Both the position numbers and the translations under genes were made by a program. The notes under the pieces were generated by a model. It had not been told where the DNA came from. It searched no databases and saw only the letters and a list, made by a program, of their open reading frames with translations. 64,000 nt of DNA from an uncultured Candidatus Saccharibacteria bacterium (lineage in GTDB: Bacteria; Patescibacteriota; Minisyncoccia; Phycocordibacterales; CAIZLB01): positions 174,728 through 238,727 of the forward strand of contig CAZKAF010000001.1 of the NCBI GenBank assembly GCA_964550955.1, read 5' to 3'. Shown piece by piece: positions 55,776 to 64,000 of the stretch (position 1 is the first letter of the stretch; every line of letters begins with the position of its first letter).

Positions 55776-56840
55776 CTATCCCAAGATGGCTATGATCGTG
55801 CCGAGAATGGCCATGACCGCCGATATGACCCAGTATCGCATCGTGACCTTGTATGACGGCCATCCGACGGCTTCGAAGTGATGATGGAGCGGCGCTATCT
55901 TGAAGATTTTCTTCTTGAAATATCTCTTCGAAAGCATCTGGGCGCTCGACGAGATTGACGTGATGAACAGCGGGAACGCGATGATCGGCAGCAGAAGGAC
56001 TTCCTTGGTCAGGAATGCCACTATCGCCAGCGCGACGGTCAGCCCCAGCATTCCCGTTTCCCCCAGATAAAACCTGGCCGGAGGAATGTTGAACCAGAGG
56101 AACGCCAGGAGCCCTCCGATTACCACCGCGCAGAATGCCGCCAGGTCTATCTGATTCTGCGACAGGGCGATCATCATGTAGCCGCCGTACGCGGATATCA
56201 TCACGCCGGCCGCGAGCCCGTCGATGCCGTCGATGACCGATCCCGAGAATACGCCGAGCACTACGAGGATGAAGAACGGGATGAACAGGAGCCCGAGCTC
56301 TATTTCTCCGTAAAACGGAACGTCCACGCCGAGCGTCTGCAGCTTGAAGTAAAACCACCAGGCGCAAATCGATCCGATGAGCGTCACCACCAGCACGCGC
56401 AGATTTCTGGAAATACCGTCGCTTGTCTGCTTCTCGGTTCCGAAAATCTGCAGGAGATCGTCAAGCAGGCCGACGACTGAGCCAAAAAGAAGAACGGCGA
56501 GCGGCAGCAATGTCTGGTTCCTGCTCAGGAAGCTGAGCTTTTCCGTCGCCTCGTTCGGGAAAATGAGGGCTATCGCGTAAAGGAGCGCGATCGTGATCAC
56601 GATCGAGAACCAGACGAGAACCCCTCCGACTCTCGGCGTGCTGTTCTCCCCTTTCTCGTTGTGAATTTTCTGAAAATCGGCTGACATCTCGGCCGTGTTC
56701 ACCTTGCTTCTGGATACCCTTCTCCAGAGGCGATGCTTGTACATGATGTCCGAGAGCATCGGCGTGATTCCTATCCCTATCAGGAACGAAAGAAGCGCGG
56801 GAAGCAGGATCTTGATTACGTCGAACGTGGCTGATGTCAT
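55776..56840 (-). CDS. mraY: phospho-N-acetylmuramoyl-pentapeptide transferase MraY
   Basis: APLHHHFEAVGW motif, DGIDGLA, and a polytopic membrane topology. Confidence 0.9.
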   Translation of the reverse strand: MTSATFDVIKILLPALLSFLIGIGITPMLSDIMYKHRLWRRVSRSKVNTAEMSADFQKIHNEKGENSTPRVGGVLVWFSIVITIALLYAIALIFPNEATEKLSFLSRNQTLLPLAVLLFGSVVGLLDDLLQIFGTEKQTSDGISRNLRVLVVTLIGSICAWWFYFKLQTLGVDVPFYGEIELGLLFIPFFILVVLGVFSGSVIDGIDGLAAGVMISAYGGYMMIALSQNQIDLAAFCAVVIGGLLAFLWFNIPPARFYLGETGMLGLTVALAIVAFLTKEVLLLPIIAFPLFITSISSSAQMLSKRYFKKKIFKIAPLHHHFEAVGWPSYKVTMRYWVISAVMAILGTIIAILG

Positions 56841-56870
56841 GTGATCTTGGTTGGGTTAGGATTAACGCGA

Positions 56871-57812
56871 TTATTTGTAATTTGCCAAAGTCGTCGATGC
56901 CAGCTTTGCCATGTCCGAAAACCGCTCCTCCTCGGTCGATCCGAGCACTACTATGATGTACGGATGGCTCGTCTCGTCCCTTTGGAGCACTACCGCCAGG
57001 TTCCCGCCGGCAAACTCCGTGAAGCCCGTCTTGCCGAACTTGATTGGAAAATCATGCAGTATCCTGTTCGTGTTCTTGATTTCCACAAGGGTCTTTCCCC
57101 TTGAAAATTCAGCCTTTTCACGCGCGGTAATGTCGAGGAGTCCCGGATGCTGGCTGATGACCGCCCAGAACAGCGTTGCCATTTCCTTTGCCGTAGTCAC
57201 GCCCGCCGGACTTTCCTTCTTGGTTTTGGAATCAGGAAGCGAGAGCCCTGACTCGTTGTAGAACGTGGTGCTTGCCAGCCCGTATTGCTTCGCCAGGAAA
57301 TTCATGTATGAAATGAAAGAGGTTCGGGGAATGATATTTGCCGCAAGCGATTCGGCTGCCTTGTTCGACGACCCGATAAGCATGTAGTTCACCAGTTCCT
57401 CCGGATACCATGACGAGTCGTTGACGAGCGCCCTGTCGGCCGCGTTCTGCTCGGTCCTTGAAGTTATCTTCACCTGCTTTTCAGCCAGCTTGGGATTCAT
57501 GTTCAGGAATTCGTTCACCACGGCCGCGGTCATGACTTTCACCAAGGAAGCCATGCCGTGCTTTTCATGCGGATTCTTCTGGTAAATCAGCTCGTTTCCG
57601 ACAGGGTCATATACGATGGCCGATGGCGCCTTTATGCTCGGCCATATGATTGCGGGAGCGGCTCCTTCCATCGGCGTCGCCAAATCTGCCGCGATTTGGT
57701 TCTTTGCCTGAGCCGGCGCAATCTGAGCCTCAATCCTGAAAAATGGCGCCGTCGACAGGCAGAGTGCGGCGATAAGCGCTGTCAGGATGTATATTTCGGT
57801 CTTAATCTTCAT
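56871..57812 (-). CDS. D-alanyl-D-alanine carboxypeptidase (S11, PBP5-like)
   Basis: Signal peptide, SLVK (SxxK), SSN (SxN) and KTGFT (KTG). Confidence 0.75.
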   Translation of the reverse strand: MKIKTEIYILTALIAALCLSTAPFFRIEAQIAPAQAKNQIAADLATPMEGAAPAIIWPSIKAPSAIVYDPVGNELIYQKNPHEKHGMASLVKVMTAAVVNEFLNMNPKLAEKQVKITSRTEQNAADRALVNDSSWYPEELVNYMLIGSSNKAAESLAANIIPRTSFISYMNFLAKQYGLASTTFYNESGLSLPDSKTKKESPAGVTTAKEMATLFWAVISQHPGLLDITAREKAEFSRGKTLVEIKNTNRILHDFPIKFGKTGFTEFAGGNLAVVLQRDETSHPYIIVVLGSTEEERFSDMAKLASTTLANYK

Positions 57813-58473
57813 GTTGTTGATTCTTATTTAAAAATTCCGGATCACCCTCGGCAATCGTCCCGGCTTCCGGACTTGCATTTTCCGACTGCTCTTTTTCGCC
57901 ACCTTCGACGGAGGCTCTGAACTGCCGAAGCTCTTCCTGCACGAGCTCGAAGTTCGGCAATTTCGCGACGTCGGTTATGCCGAGAAACGAAAGGAGCTCG
58001 AAAGAGGCCTGGTAGACGGAGGCTCGCGCGTCGTCAGGAGACTGCTTCTTCTCTATGAGGCCGCGTATGAGCAAATTTCTGAGTATGAAATTCGAATTGA
58101 CTCCCCTGACATAGTCGATCTCGCTTCTTTTGACCGGACCCTTGTAGAGGATGATTGAAAGCGTCTCCAAAGATGCTTTTCCAAGGTCTTTCGAAAGTTC
58201 TTCTTTAGTGATGGCCTCGATGCGCGCGCTGGCTTCCGGGTACGTGCCGAGCGAATACTCTGTTTCTTTGTTTTCCTTGCTTTCTCTGCCGCTGCTTTTT
58301 GTCATGAGAACCACTCCCCTTGTTTTGAGATTTTCTTCAAGAGTTCCCAATGCTTTTTTGATAGATTCTTCATCTGACTTGATTATTTTCACCAGTTCTT
58401 TCACTGACAAGGGCTCGCCTTTCCAAAAAAGAATCGCTTCAACAATATTCTCGAGCTTCGCGTCAGAGTTCAT
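57802..58473 (-). CDS. scpB: segregation and condensation protein B
   Basis: Winged-helix repeats (VEAILFWKGEPLSVKEL…). Paired with scpA upstream. Confidence 0.85.
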   Translation of the reverse strand: MNSDAKLENIVEAILFWKGEPLSVKELVKIIKSDEESIKKALGTLEENLKTRGVVLMTKSSGRESKENKETEYSLGTYPEASARIEAITKEELSKDLGKASLETLSIILYKGPVKRSEIDYVRGVNSNFILRNLLIRGLIEKKQSPDDARASVYQASFELLSFLGITDVAKLPNFELVQEELRQFRASVEGGEKEQSENASPEAGTIAEGDPEFLNKNQQHED

Positions 58474-58709
58474 GCCATACAGTATACGTTTTCTCGCCTT
58501 TTTTGGCTAATATGAAGTGTGGAATCCTGAAGGCCGCGAAAAGAAGGAGTCGTGCGTGGCCATATTCGCGGGTACGCAGCGAAAAGCTGGGTAAATGTAA
58601 ATATTGGACATGCCGCGTGTCGCGGGTTATTTTCGCAAGCTCGCATGATGCATGTAGATGCATATAGCATTTTTGCTATATCGCCGCGGCAAATTTGAAA
58701 ATCTGCCTG

Positions 58710-59510
58710 TTAATATCTCGGCACGCCAATGCTCTGGCTTTCCATGTGTATCTCGTCGAACAGGCTTTCCTGGTGCGCGTCGATGGTTCCCTGCTTCACC
58801 AGTTCGAGCATGGCCAGGAAGCTGACGATGACATGCACGCGCTCTCCCCGGTCAAGCGCGCTTTTGCCGCCGCTGAACTCCTTGAAGCTCATTCGCACCG
58901 CCGATTTTATCCTGTCTGTCAGCCTGCCGATCATTTCCTCAAGGCTCACTGTCTTTTTCACCAGCACTTTAGGCTCGTTCTTGGGCTTCGGAAGCGATGT
59001 CAGCACGCGGCCCATTGCTTCAAGAATGTTAGAAAGCGTCGTGTCCTTGCTCGGCACGAACAGCTCTGCCATTTCGCTCTTGAAGTTTCCGTCAAATCCG
59101 CCTCGCGGGAAGAGAATGCTTTTGCCGAACAGCTTCTGAATCGTCTCGCTGGCACGCCGCATGATTTCAAGCTCCTTCAGCCGCTTCTCGAGGTCGGCAA
59201 TGTCCGTCTTCTCTTCCTCGGTCAGGCTGAGGGTCGGCAAAAGCGATTTCGCCTTGATGAGGAGGAGCGTCGATGCGATATAAATGAACTGAGTCCTGTC
59301 GCCGAGCGAATAATCTCCCAGCCTGTTTATGTATTGGATGTATTCGTCAGTAACTTTCGAGAGCGAAATGTCATTGATAAAAAGCTTCCGCTTTTCGATG
59401 AGCGTGAGCAGAAGGTCGAGCGGGCCTTCAAAGACCTCCGTCTTTATGACGAATACTCCGTTGGTTCCCTGCCGTGCTTCAGCTACAATTGCTTGCTCAT
59501 TGTTCTGCAT
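58710..59510 (-). CDS. scpA: segregation and condensation protein A (kleisin)
   Basis: FEGPLDLLLTLIEKRKLFINDISLSKVTDEY N-terminal kleisin motif. Confidence 0.85.
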   Translation of the reverse strand: MQNNEQAIVAEARQGTNGVFVIKTEVFEGPLDLLLTLIEKRKLFINDISLSKVTDEYIQYINRLGDYSLGDRTQFIYIASTLLLIKAKSLLPTLSLTEEEKTDIADLEKRLKELEIMRRASETIQKLFGKSILFPRGGFDGNFKSEMAELFVPSKDTTLSNILEAMGRVLTSLPKPKNEPKVLVKKTVSLEEMIGRLTDRIKSAVRMSFKEFSGGKSALDRGERVHVIVSFLAMLELVKQGTIDAHQESLFDEIHMESQSIGVPRY

Positions 59511-59637
59511 ACCCTTAGTGTACTATAAAGTTGATAGAATCTCACTTGCCTCTACCTGAGTCTCCAAGTATCAGTATTTTTTACAATTTTTTTATTTGCA
59601 TCCTGTTCACGTGGTGTGATTATTGCAATACTGCATC

Positions 59638-61092
59638 TTATTTCTTATTCACCAATAACCCCAACTCTCGTAGTTGCGCAGCTGAAACTTCGCTCGGCGA
59701 ATCCATCATCGGATCCCTTCCTTCTCCTGTCTTGGGGAATGCGATTACCTCTCGGATATTCGGCTCGTTTTCGAGGATCATCATCAGTCGGTCAAATCCC
59801 CATGCGATGCCGCCGTGCGGAGGAGTTCCGCTTCTAAGCGCATGAAGCATGTGTGAGAAGTTTTTCTCGATTGTCTCAGTCGGATATCCCATTATCTCGA
59901 ATACTTTTACAAGCGCGTCAGCCTGATGGTTTCGCATGCTTCCTCCGCCTATTTCATATCCGTTAAGCACGATGTCGTATTGTGCGGCGACAATCGTATT
60001 CAAGTCATTGTCAGCGGCCTTTGCTCCCATGAGTCGTTCGAAGTGTTCCGGCTTAGTTCCTGAAAACGGATTGTGCGTAAATGTCCACTGGCTCGTTCCT
60101 CCTCCTTCGCCGTTTTGACCGACACCTCCCGTACCCTTTTCGTTCTTTTCAAAGAATGGGAAATCCACTACCCAACAAAATGCGAGCAGGTTCGGATCCT
60201 CTTTGTCCTCTCGAATGTCCGGTCGGTCGATACTGTACTTGGCCATCGCTTCAGCGTATGGAATCCGCGGAAACGGAACCTGCTGGATTCGCTTATGAGG
60301 ATAGAGTTTCTCGACGATTTCGATGAGAAGTCTTTCAGTGATAGACATAATCTCTTCTTCGTCTGCGAAGCTGAGCTCCATGTCCAGTTGCGTAAACTCA
60401 GGCTGTCGGTCTCCGCGCGTGTCTTCGTCTCGCATGCATTTTGCAAATTGGAAATAGCGTTCAATGCCTGCAGACATAAGAAGCTGTTTATACTGCTGAG
60501 GCGACTGCGGAAGCGCGTAAAAGTGTCCCGGTGCAAGTCTTGATGGAACAATATAGTCTCTCGCCCCTTCCGGAGTAGACTTCGTCAAAATAGGAGTTTC
60601 AACTTCAGTGAAGTCGATGTGTGTGAGGAAATTTCGAACATGCTGGAGAATCTTCGCTCTGTTTCGGATATTCTTCTGAAGTCGTTCGCCTCTAAGGTCT
60701 ACGTATCGGTACTTAAGTCGTACTTCTTCAGTGACCTCTCGCGTGTCGGCGTGAATGTCGAAAGGCGGAGTCTCCGCTTCGTTCAGGACTTTCACTTCAA
60801 GAACCTCAAGCTCGATGTCGCCGTTCTGTTTGTCTGCCTGAACGTTTCGCTCCGGTCGAGGGTTTACTTTTCCTCGTACTTCCACAACCCATTCAGGCCG
60901 CACTGTAGAACCGACTGCGTGTGCCTCAGTTGCGTTAGGAAGGATTACTCCTTGGACTTTTCCGGTCATGTCCCGGAAGTCGAAAAAGATGAGCTTTCCT
61001 TGGTCTCTTCGGACATCAATCCAGCATTTGATGGTAACTTCCTGTCCCGAATGTTCTTTTAAATCTTTAATATATACGCGGTTTGAGGTCAT
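59638..61092 (-). CDS. aspS: aspartyl-tRNA synthetase, compact form without the bacterial GAD insertion
   Basis: OB-fold N-terminus, class II motifs FRDEDTRGDRQPEFTQLDME and GGGSMRNH. At 484 aa it is about 100 aa shorter than typical bacterial AspRS. Confidence 0.9.
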   Translation of the reverse strand: MTSNRVYIKDLKEHSGQEVTIKCWIDVRRDQGKLIFFDFRDMTGKVQGVILPNATEAHAVGSTVRPEWVVEVRGKVNPRPERNVQADKQNGDIELEVLEVKVLNEAETPPFDIHADTREVTEEVRLKYRYVDLRGERLQKNIRNRAKILQHVRNFLTHIDFTEVETPILTKSTPEGARDYIVPSRLAPGHFYALPQSPQQYKQLLMSAGIERYFQFAKCMRDEDTRGDRQPEFTQLDMELSFADEEEIMSITERLLIEIVEKLYPHKRIQQVPFPRIPYAEAMAKYSIDRPDIREDKEDPNLLAFCWVVDFPFFEKNEKGTGGVGQNGEGGGTSQWTFTHNPFSGTKPEHFERLMGAKAADNDLNTIVAAQYDIVLNGYEIGGGSMRNHQADALVKVFEIMGYPTETIEKNFSHMLHALRSGTPPHGGIAWGFDRLMMILENEPNIREVIAFPKTGEGRDPMMDSPSEVSAAQLRELGLLVNKK

Positions 61093-61225
61093 GTTTTTAT
61101 ATGTAATTTACTTCTGCAGTGTAGCAGAAAAGGCCGTTCTTAGCCATTAGACAGGTCGGTTCAGAGGGTTCGTTAAAAATCTTCCGCGCCTCCCTGATCT
61201 GATCCGTCCCTCCATTCTTGAGTTG

Positions 61226-61507
61226 CTAAATATTCACGCTGACGAGGTTTTGCGAGAAAACAACCACCGTGTCCAAATTCTTTCCCATCCATTTCGCAGT
61301 TTGCTTTATGTCTTCGGGAGTTAGGCGTTCTATTCGTCTGACGCGATCTTCCGAAGAGCTGGAGCTCATATTCTTGCATATAAGATGTCCAACTTCTTTG
61401 ATTGCTTGTACATTTCGCATGACTTCGTGCTGTATGTTGTATAATTTGCGTTTCAGGCGTTTTATACTGATTAGTTTCATTTGAGCCAGTATTGCAGATA
61501 CAAGCAA
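61226..61507 (-). CDS. hypothetical small protein
   Basis: 93-aa ORF in the aspS-ABC intergenic region. No motif. Confidence 0.3.
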   Translation of the reverse strand: MLVSAILAQMKLISIKRLKRKLYNIQHEVMRNVQAIKEVGHLICKNMSSSSSEDRVRRIERLTPEDIKQTAKWMGKNLDTVVVFSQNLVSVNI

Positions 61508-61612
61508 GTTGTCTGGATCAGTGAAGTTTAATTAAAATTACTAATCCTCGCAAAAATAAAAACACCGCCAGCATATTTCAGCTGACGGCGACGCGATATC
61601 GCGATTTTCTTC

Positions 61613-63448
61613 TCACTTACCATCCTGTTCAAGTTGTCTGAGTCTGCCGAGCAGGGTATCCATTTGGGACTTGTAGGCTCGACTGTATTCGTTGTCGGAC
61701 TTCAGGAGTTCCTCATGGGTACCGAAGGCTACTATTTCGCCTTTTTCCAGAACGATAACTGTCTTTGCCAGCCTGAGCGTTGCGATGTTGTGCGAGACGT
61801 AGACGGCAAGGACCTTATCCGGCAGCTCACGAAGCTGACCGAAGAAGACGTCGCAGGCATGACTGCTCAGCTCCTTCTCGGGCTCGTCGAGGATCAGCAC
61901 ATGCTTCTCGTTGGCTACCCTGATCATTCTTCGCAATATTGCGAGTCTTTTTTCCTGACCACCAGAGAGTTCGATGCCGTCGAATTCCGTTCCGAGCTGG
62001 GTGTCCAGCCCGCCTTTCTCCTGTATCACCGTCATGGCATCAGCGAACCTTGCGTGATTCAGCAAGTCTTCGTCGGTCAGAATCCTTTCGGAACATGCCA
62101 CTCGAAGTGAATCGCCTATCTTCATGGAGTACGTGTTGTTCTTCTGCATCAGGACAGACAGGTGTTCTTGCCAATCGTCCGGACTGATTTCGCAGAGGTC
62201 AATTCCGTCAACCGTAATCCTGCCTTCAGTAGGGTCATGGATTCGGCAAAGCAGCGAAAGGAAAGAGGACTTTCCTGCCCCGTTTTCGCCGAAGATTCCA
62301 ACCCTGTCTCCAGCCTTGAGCTCGAAGTTCACGCCTTTCAGCGCAAATTCCTCGGTGTTAGGGTACTTGAACCAAACGTTCTCGAACCGGATAACCGGTG
62401 CTTCATTCTTTCTTACCTGCTTTGAGCTTGTCCTCGGCGCGATTACGAGCAGGGATTCCAGCTCGAAGAAGCTGAAGATTCTCTGCACATTTTTCGCAAT
62501 TTCGAATTGACTCGCCAGCGTCGAAAGTAATGCCGAGCATGATTGCCTCATGTTATAGATATTACTGATGACGAATCCCATGGTTCCAAGCTGCACCTGC
62601 CCGTTTTGAGCGGACAGGACAATCTGGTGCATGGCGTAGATGAGGCCGATGATGCTCAGCAATGCTGTCGCAAGTGATGAAATGGCACGCTGGTTTTCAA
62701 ATCTGCATATCTTGCTGACCCGACCGGCCCAGACATGGTCAAGTTTGCCCAGGAGCATGTTCTGGCTTTTGAAGAGCTTTGTCTCCGTTACCGGAATGAC
62801 GCCCTGGAAGTGGCTTTTGAATTCGTCCATGCTTTTTCCGTCCGCTGCTATGAGCTCGATAATCCTCCAGTACTTTCTTGCGAAATATATGTCGGACACG
62901 AACTCAGGTATGACGAAGAGGAACAGCATCATTCCCAGTTTCCAGTCGAACGTGCAGATGACATACGTCGCGATGGCGAAGCTGACAAACCTGCTCATCA
63001 TCTGGAAATTGATTGAGACTGACTCGTTCATCGCCCTCCAGCCGAATGGGCTTTCGATGATTTGCTGGACCAGATTCTTGAATTCGGCGCTGCGTATGGT
63101 GCCGATGTCGAGTTCAAGGCGCTTCTGGTCGCGCATTCTTCCGAAGCGGTAATTAGTATGGATGTTCCACCTTGTCTTAATTGCCCGGTCTAGGGTGGAC
63201 CAGGTCTTGTCGGCAATCAGGCAGATGCAGATGATTACCAGCAGGACCAGAACCGACCTTGAGGGGTCTATCTGAATCGAATTGGTAATTTCCGCCGTGG
63301 CCTTCCCGACTATGAATCCGAATACTGGCGATACCAGTCCGAATGCAAGAATCGACAGGGTCAGTTTCGGACAGAGTCCGAAGATGAATTTCACAGCTTT
63401 GAAGCCCTGAATCATCAAGTTAAAGAACGCCTTTGTAGCTGTTTTCAC
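61613..63448 (-). CDS. ABC exporter, fused permease-ATPase (MsbA/lipid-A-exporter-like)
   Basis: 6-TM N-terminal domain, Walker A GENGAGKSS, signature LSGGQEKR, and Walker B ILDEP. Confidence 0.85.
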   Translation of the reverse strand: MKTATKAFFNLMIQGFKAVKFIFGLCPKLTLSILAFGLVSPVFGFIVGKATAEITNSIQIDPSRSVLVLLVIICICLIADKTWSTLDRAIKTRWNIHTNYRFGRMRDQKRLELDIGTIRSAEFKNLVQQIIESPFGWRAMNESVSINFQMMSRFVSFAIATYVICTFDWKLGMMLFLFVIPEFVSDIYFARKYWRIIELIAADGKSMDEFKSHFQGVIPVTETKLFKSQNMLLGKLDHVWAGRVSKICRFENQRAISSLATALLSIIGLIYAMHQIVLSAQNGQVQLGTMGFVISNIYNMRQSCSALLSTLASQFEIAKNVQRIFSFFELESLLVIAPRTSSKQVRKNEAPVIRFENVWFKYPNTEEFALKGVNFELKAGDRVGIFGENGAGKSSFLSLLCRIHDPTEGRITVDGIDLCEISPDDWQEHLSVLMQKNNTYSMKIGDSLRVACSERILTDEDLLNHARFADAMTVIQEKGGLDTQLGTEFDGIELSGGQEKRLAILRRMIRVANEKHVLILDEPEKELSSHACDVFFGQLRELPDKVLAVYVSHNIATLRLAKTVIVLEKGEIVAFGTHEELLKSDNEYSRAYKSQMDTLLGRLRQLEQDGK

Positions 63449-63706
63449 GCTAATTTCCTCCTTGTATTTGTTGTTGTGTTGTTTTGAAAGTGCAAAATCC
63501 TCAGCGCCCGCCTTCTTGGAAGAAGGCGCCGAGGTTTCCTATTCAAATGAGCCGCATGGGCGTCGTTCAAATGGGGCTAAAATATATCACATAATGAATA
63601 TGTAAACAAGTCAATAGCTTTTGATATGACGGATGTAATCGATGTTTATTACAAATGTGCCCTGCTGATGGTTCAAAAATTACCTTCCATGGCAATTATC
63701 AAGCCT

Positions 63707-64000
63707 CTATTCACTAAATCCTTTCGCCTGTCCCTCGAACATCGAGGCGTATACGCCCTTCTTTTTCATCAGTTCGGCGTGGGTGCCTTGCTCGGCAAGG
63801 CTGTGCCCGTCGAGCACCAGGATCTTGTCCACGTTCCTGACGCTGTTGAAGCGATGCGTGATGAGTATGAGCGTCTTGTCCTTCGTGGCCTGTTCCATCT
63901 TCTCGAATATCTCGAGTTCCGCCAGCGGGTCTATGGCCGCCGTCGGCTCGTCGAGAATGAGTATCTGCGCGGCCTGCATTCGGTAGAGGGCCCGGGCAAG
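63707..64000 (-). CDS. C-terminal part of a second ABC exporter ATPase (gene continues beyond window end)
   Basis: …ARALYRMQAAQILILDEPTAAID… Walker B and H-loop (LITHRF). The frame stays open to the window edge. Confidence 0.75.
   Translation of the reverse strand, partial: LARALYRMQAAQILILDEPTAAIDPLAELEIFEKMEQATKDKTLILITHRFNSVRNVDKILVLDGHSLAEQGTHAELMKKKGVYASMFEGQAKGFSE

Overview
This 64-kb window is a gene-dense chromosomal segment with about 55% GC by eye. It is dominated by housekeeping genes for translation, replication and cell-envelope synthesis. Translation genes include five aminoacyl-tRNA synthetases (proS, lysS, cysS, gltX, aspS), ribosomal proteins bL21, bL9 and bL27, frr, hpf, the def-fmt pair, greA, tlyA and one tRNA-Glu. 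Replication and repair genes are priA, dnaB, holB, recR, rmuC and scpAB. The envelope machinery includes two mreB paralogs (one in an mreB-mreC-mreD-like-PBP2 operon), mraZ-rsmH-ftsL-ftsI, and on the other strand mraY-ftsW-murG with no murD. It also includes a PBP5-like carboxypeptidase, an M23 peptidase, a CtpA-like protease and the RseP site-2 protease. Gene content and the compact ProRS and AspRS are consistent with a small-genome, possibly CPR/Patescibacteria-like, bacterium; this is inference only. Four regions stand out against this background. First, an AT-rich island of about 3.6 kb next to tRNA-Glu and a pseudo-tRNA fragment carries a polytopic membrane protein, a Nudix hydrolase, a secreted protein and an APH-family kinase, two of them preceded by the same 38-nt promoter-like element. 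Second, a 1458-aa secreted fibre protein has at least ten GNVGIGTTTP-type repeats, a discoidin-like segment and a phage-tail-fibre-type intramolecular-chaperone (S74-like) domain, and sits between rplU and a distant rpmA. Third, a bacterial SET-domain protein is divergently paired with a transglutaminase-like protein. Fourth, LysRS carries a ~150-aa C-terminal extension of unknown function. Several genes have near-consensus -10 hexamers 6-9 nt upstream of the ATG with no Shine-Dalgarno, suggesting leaderless mRNAs, and MraZ-box-like 10-bp repeats lie upstream of mraZ. No CRISPR array, integrase, transposase or rRNA was seen. Hand-derived coordinates for small motifs may be off by 1-2 nt.
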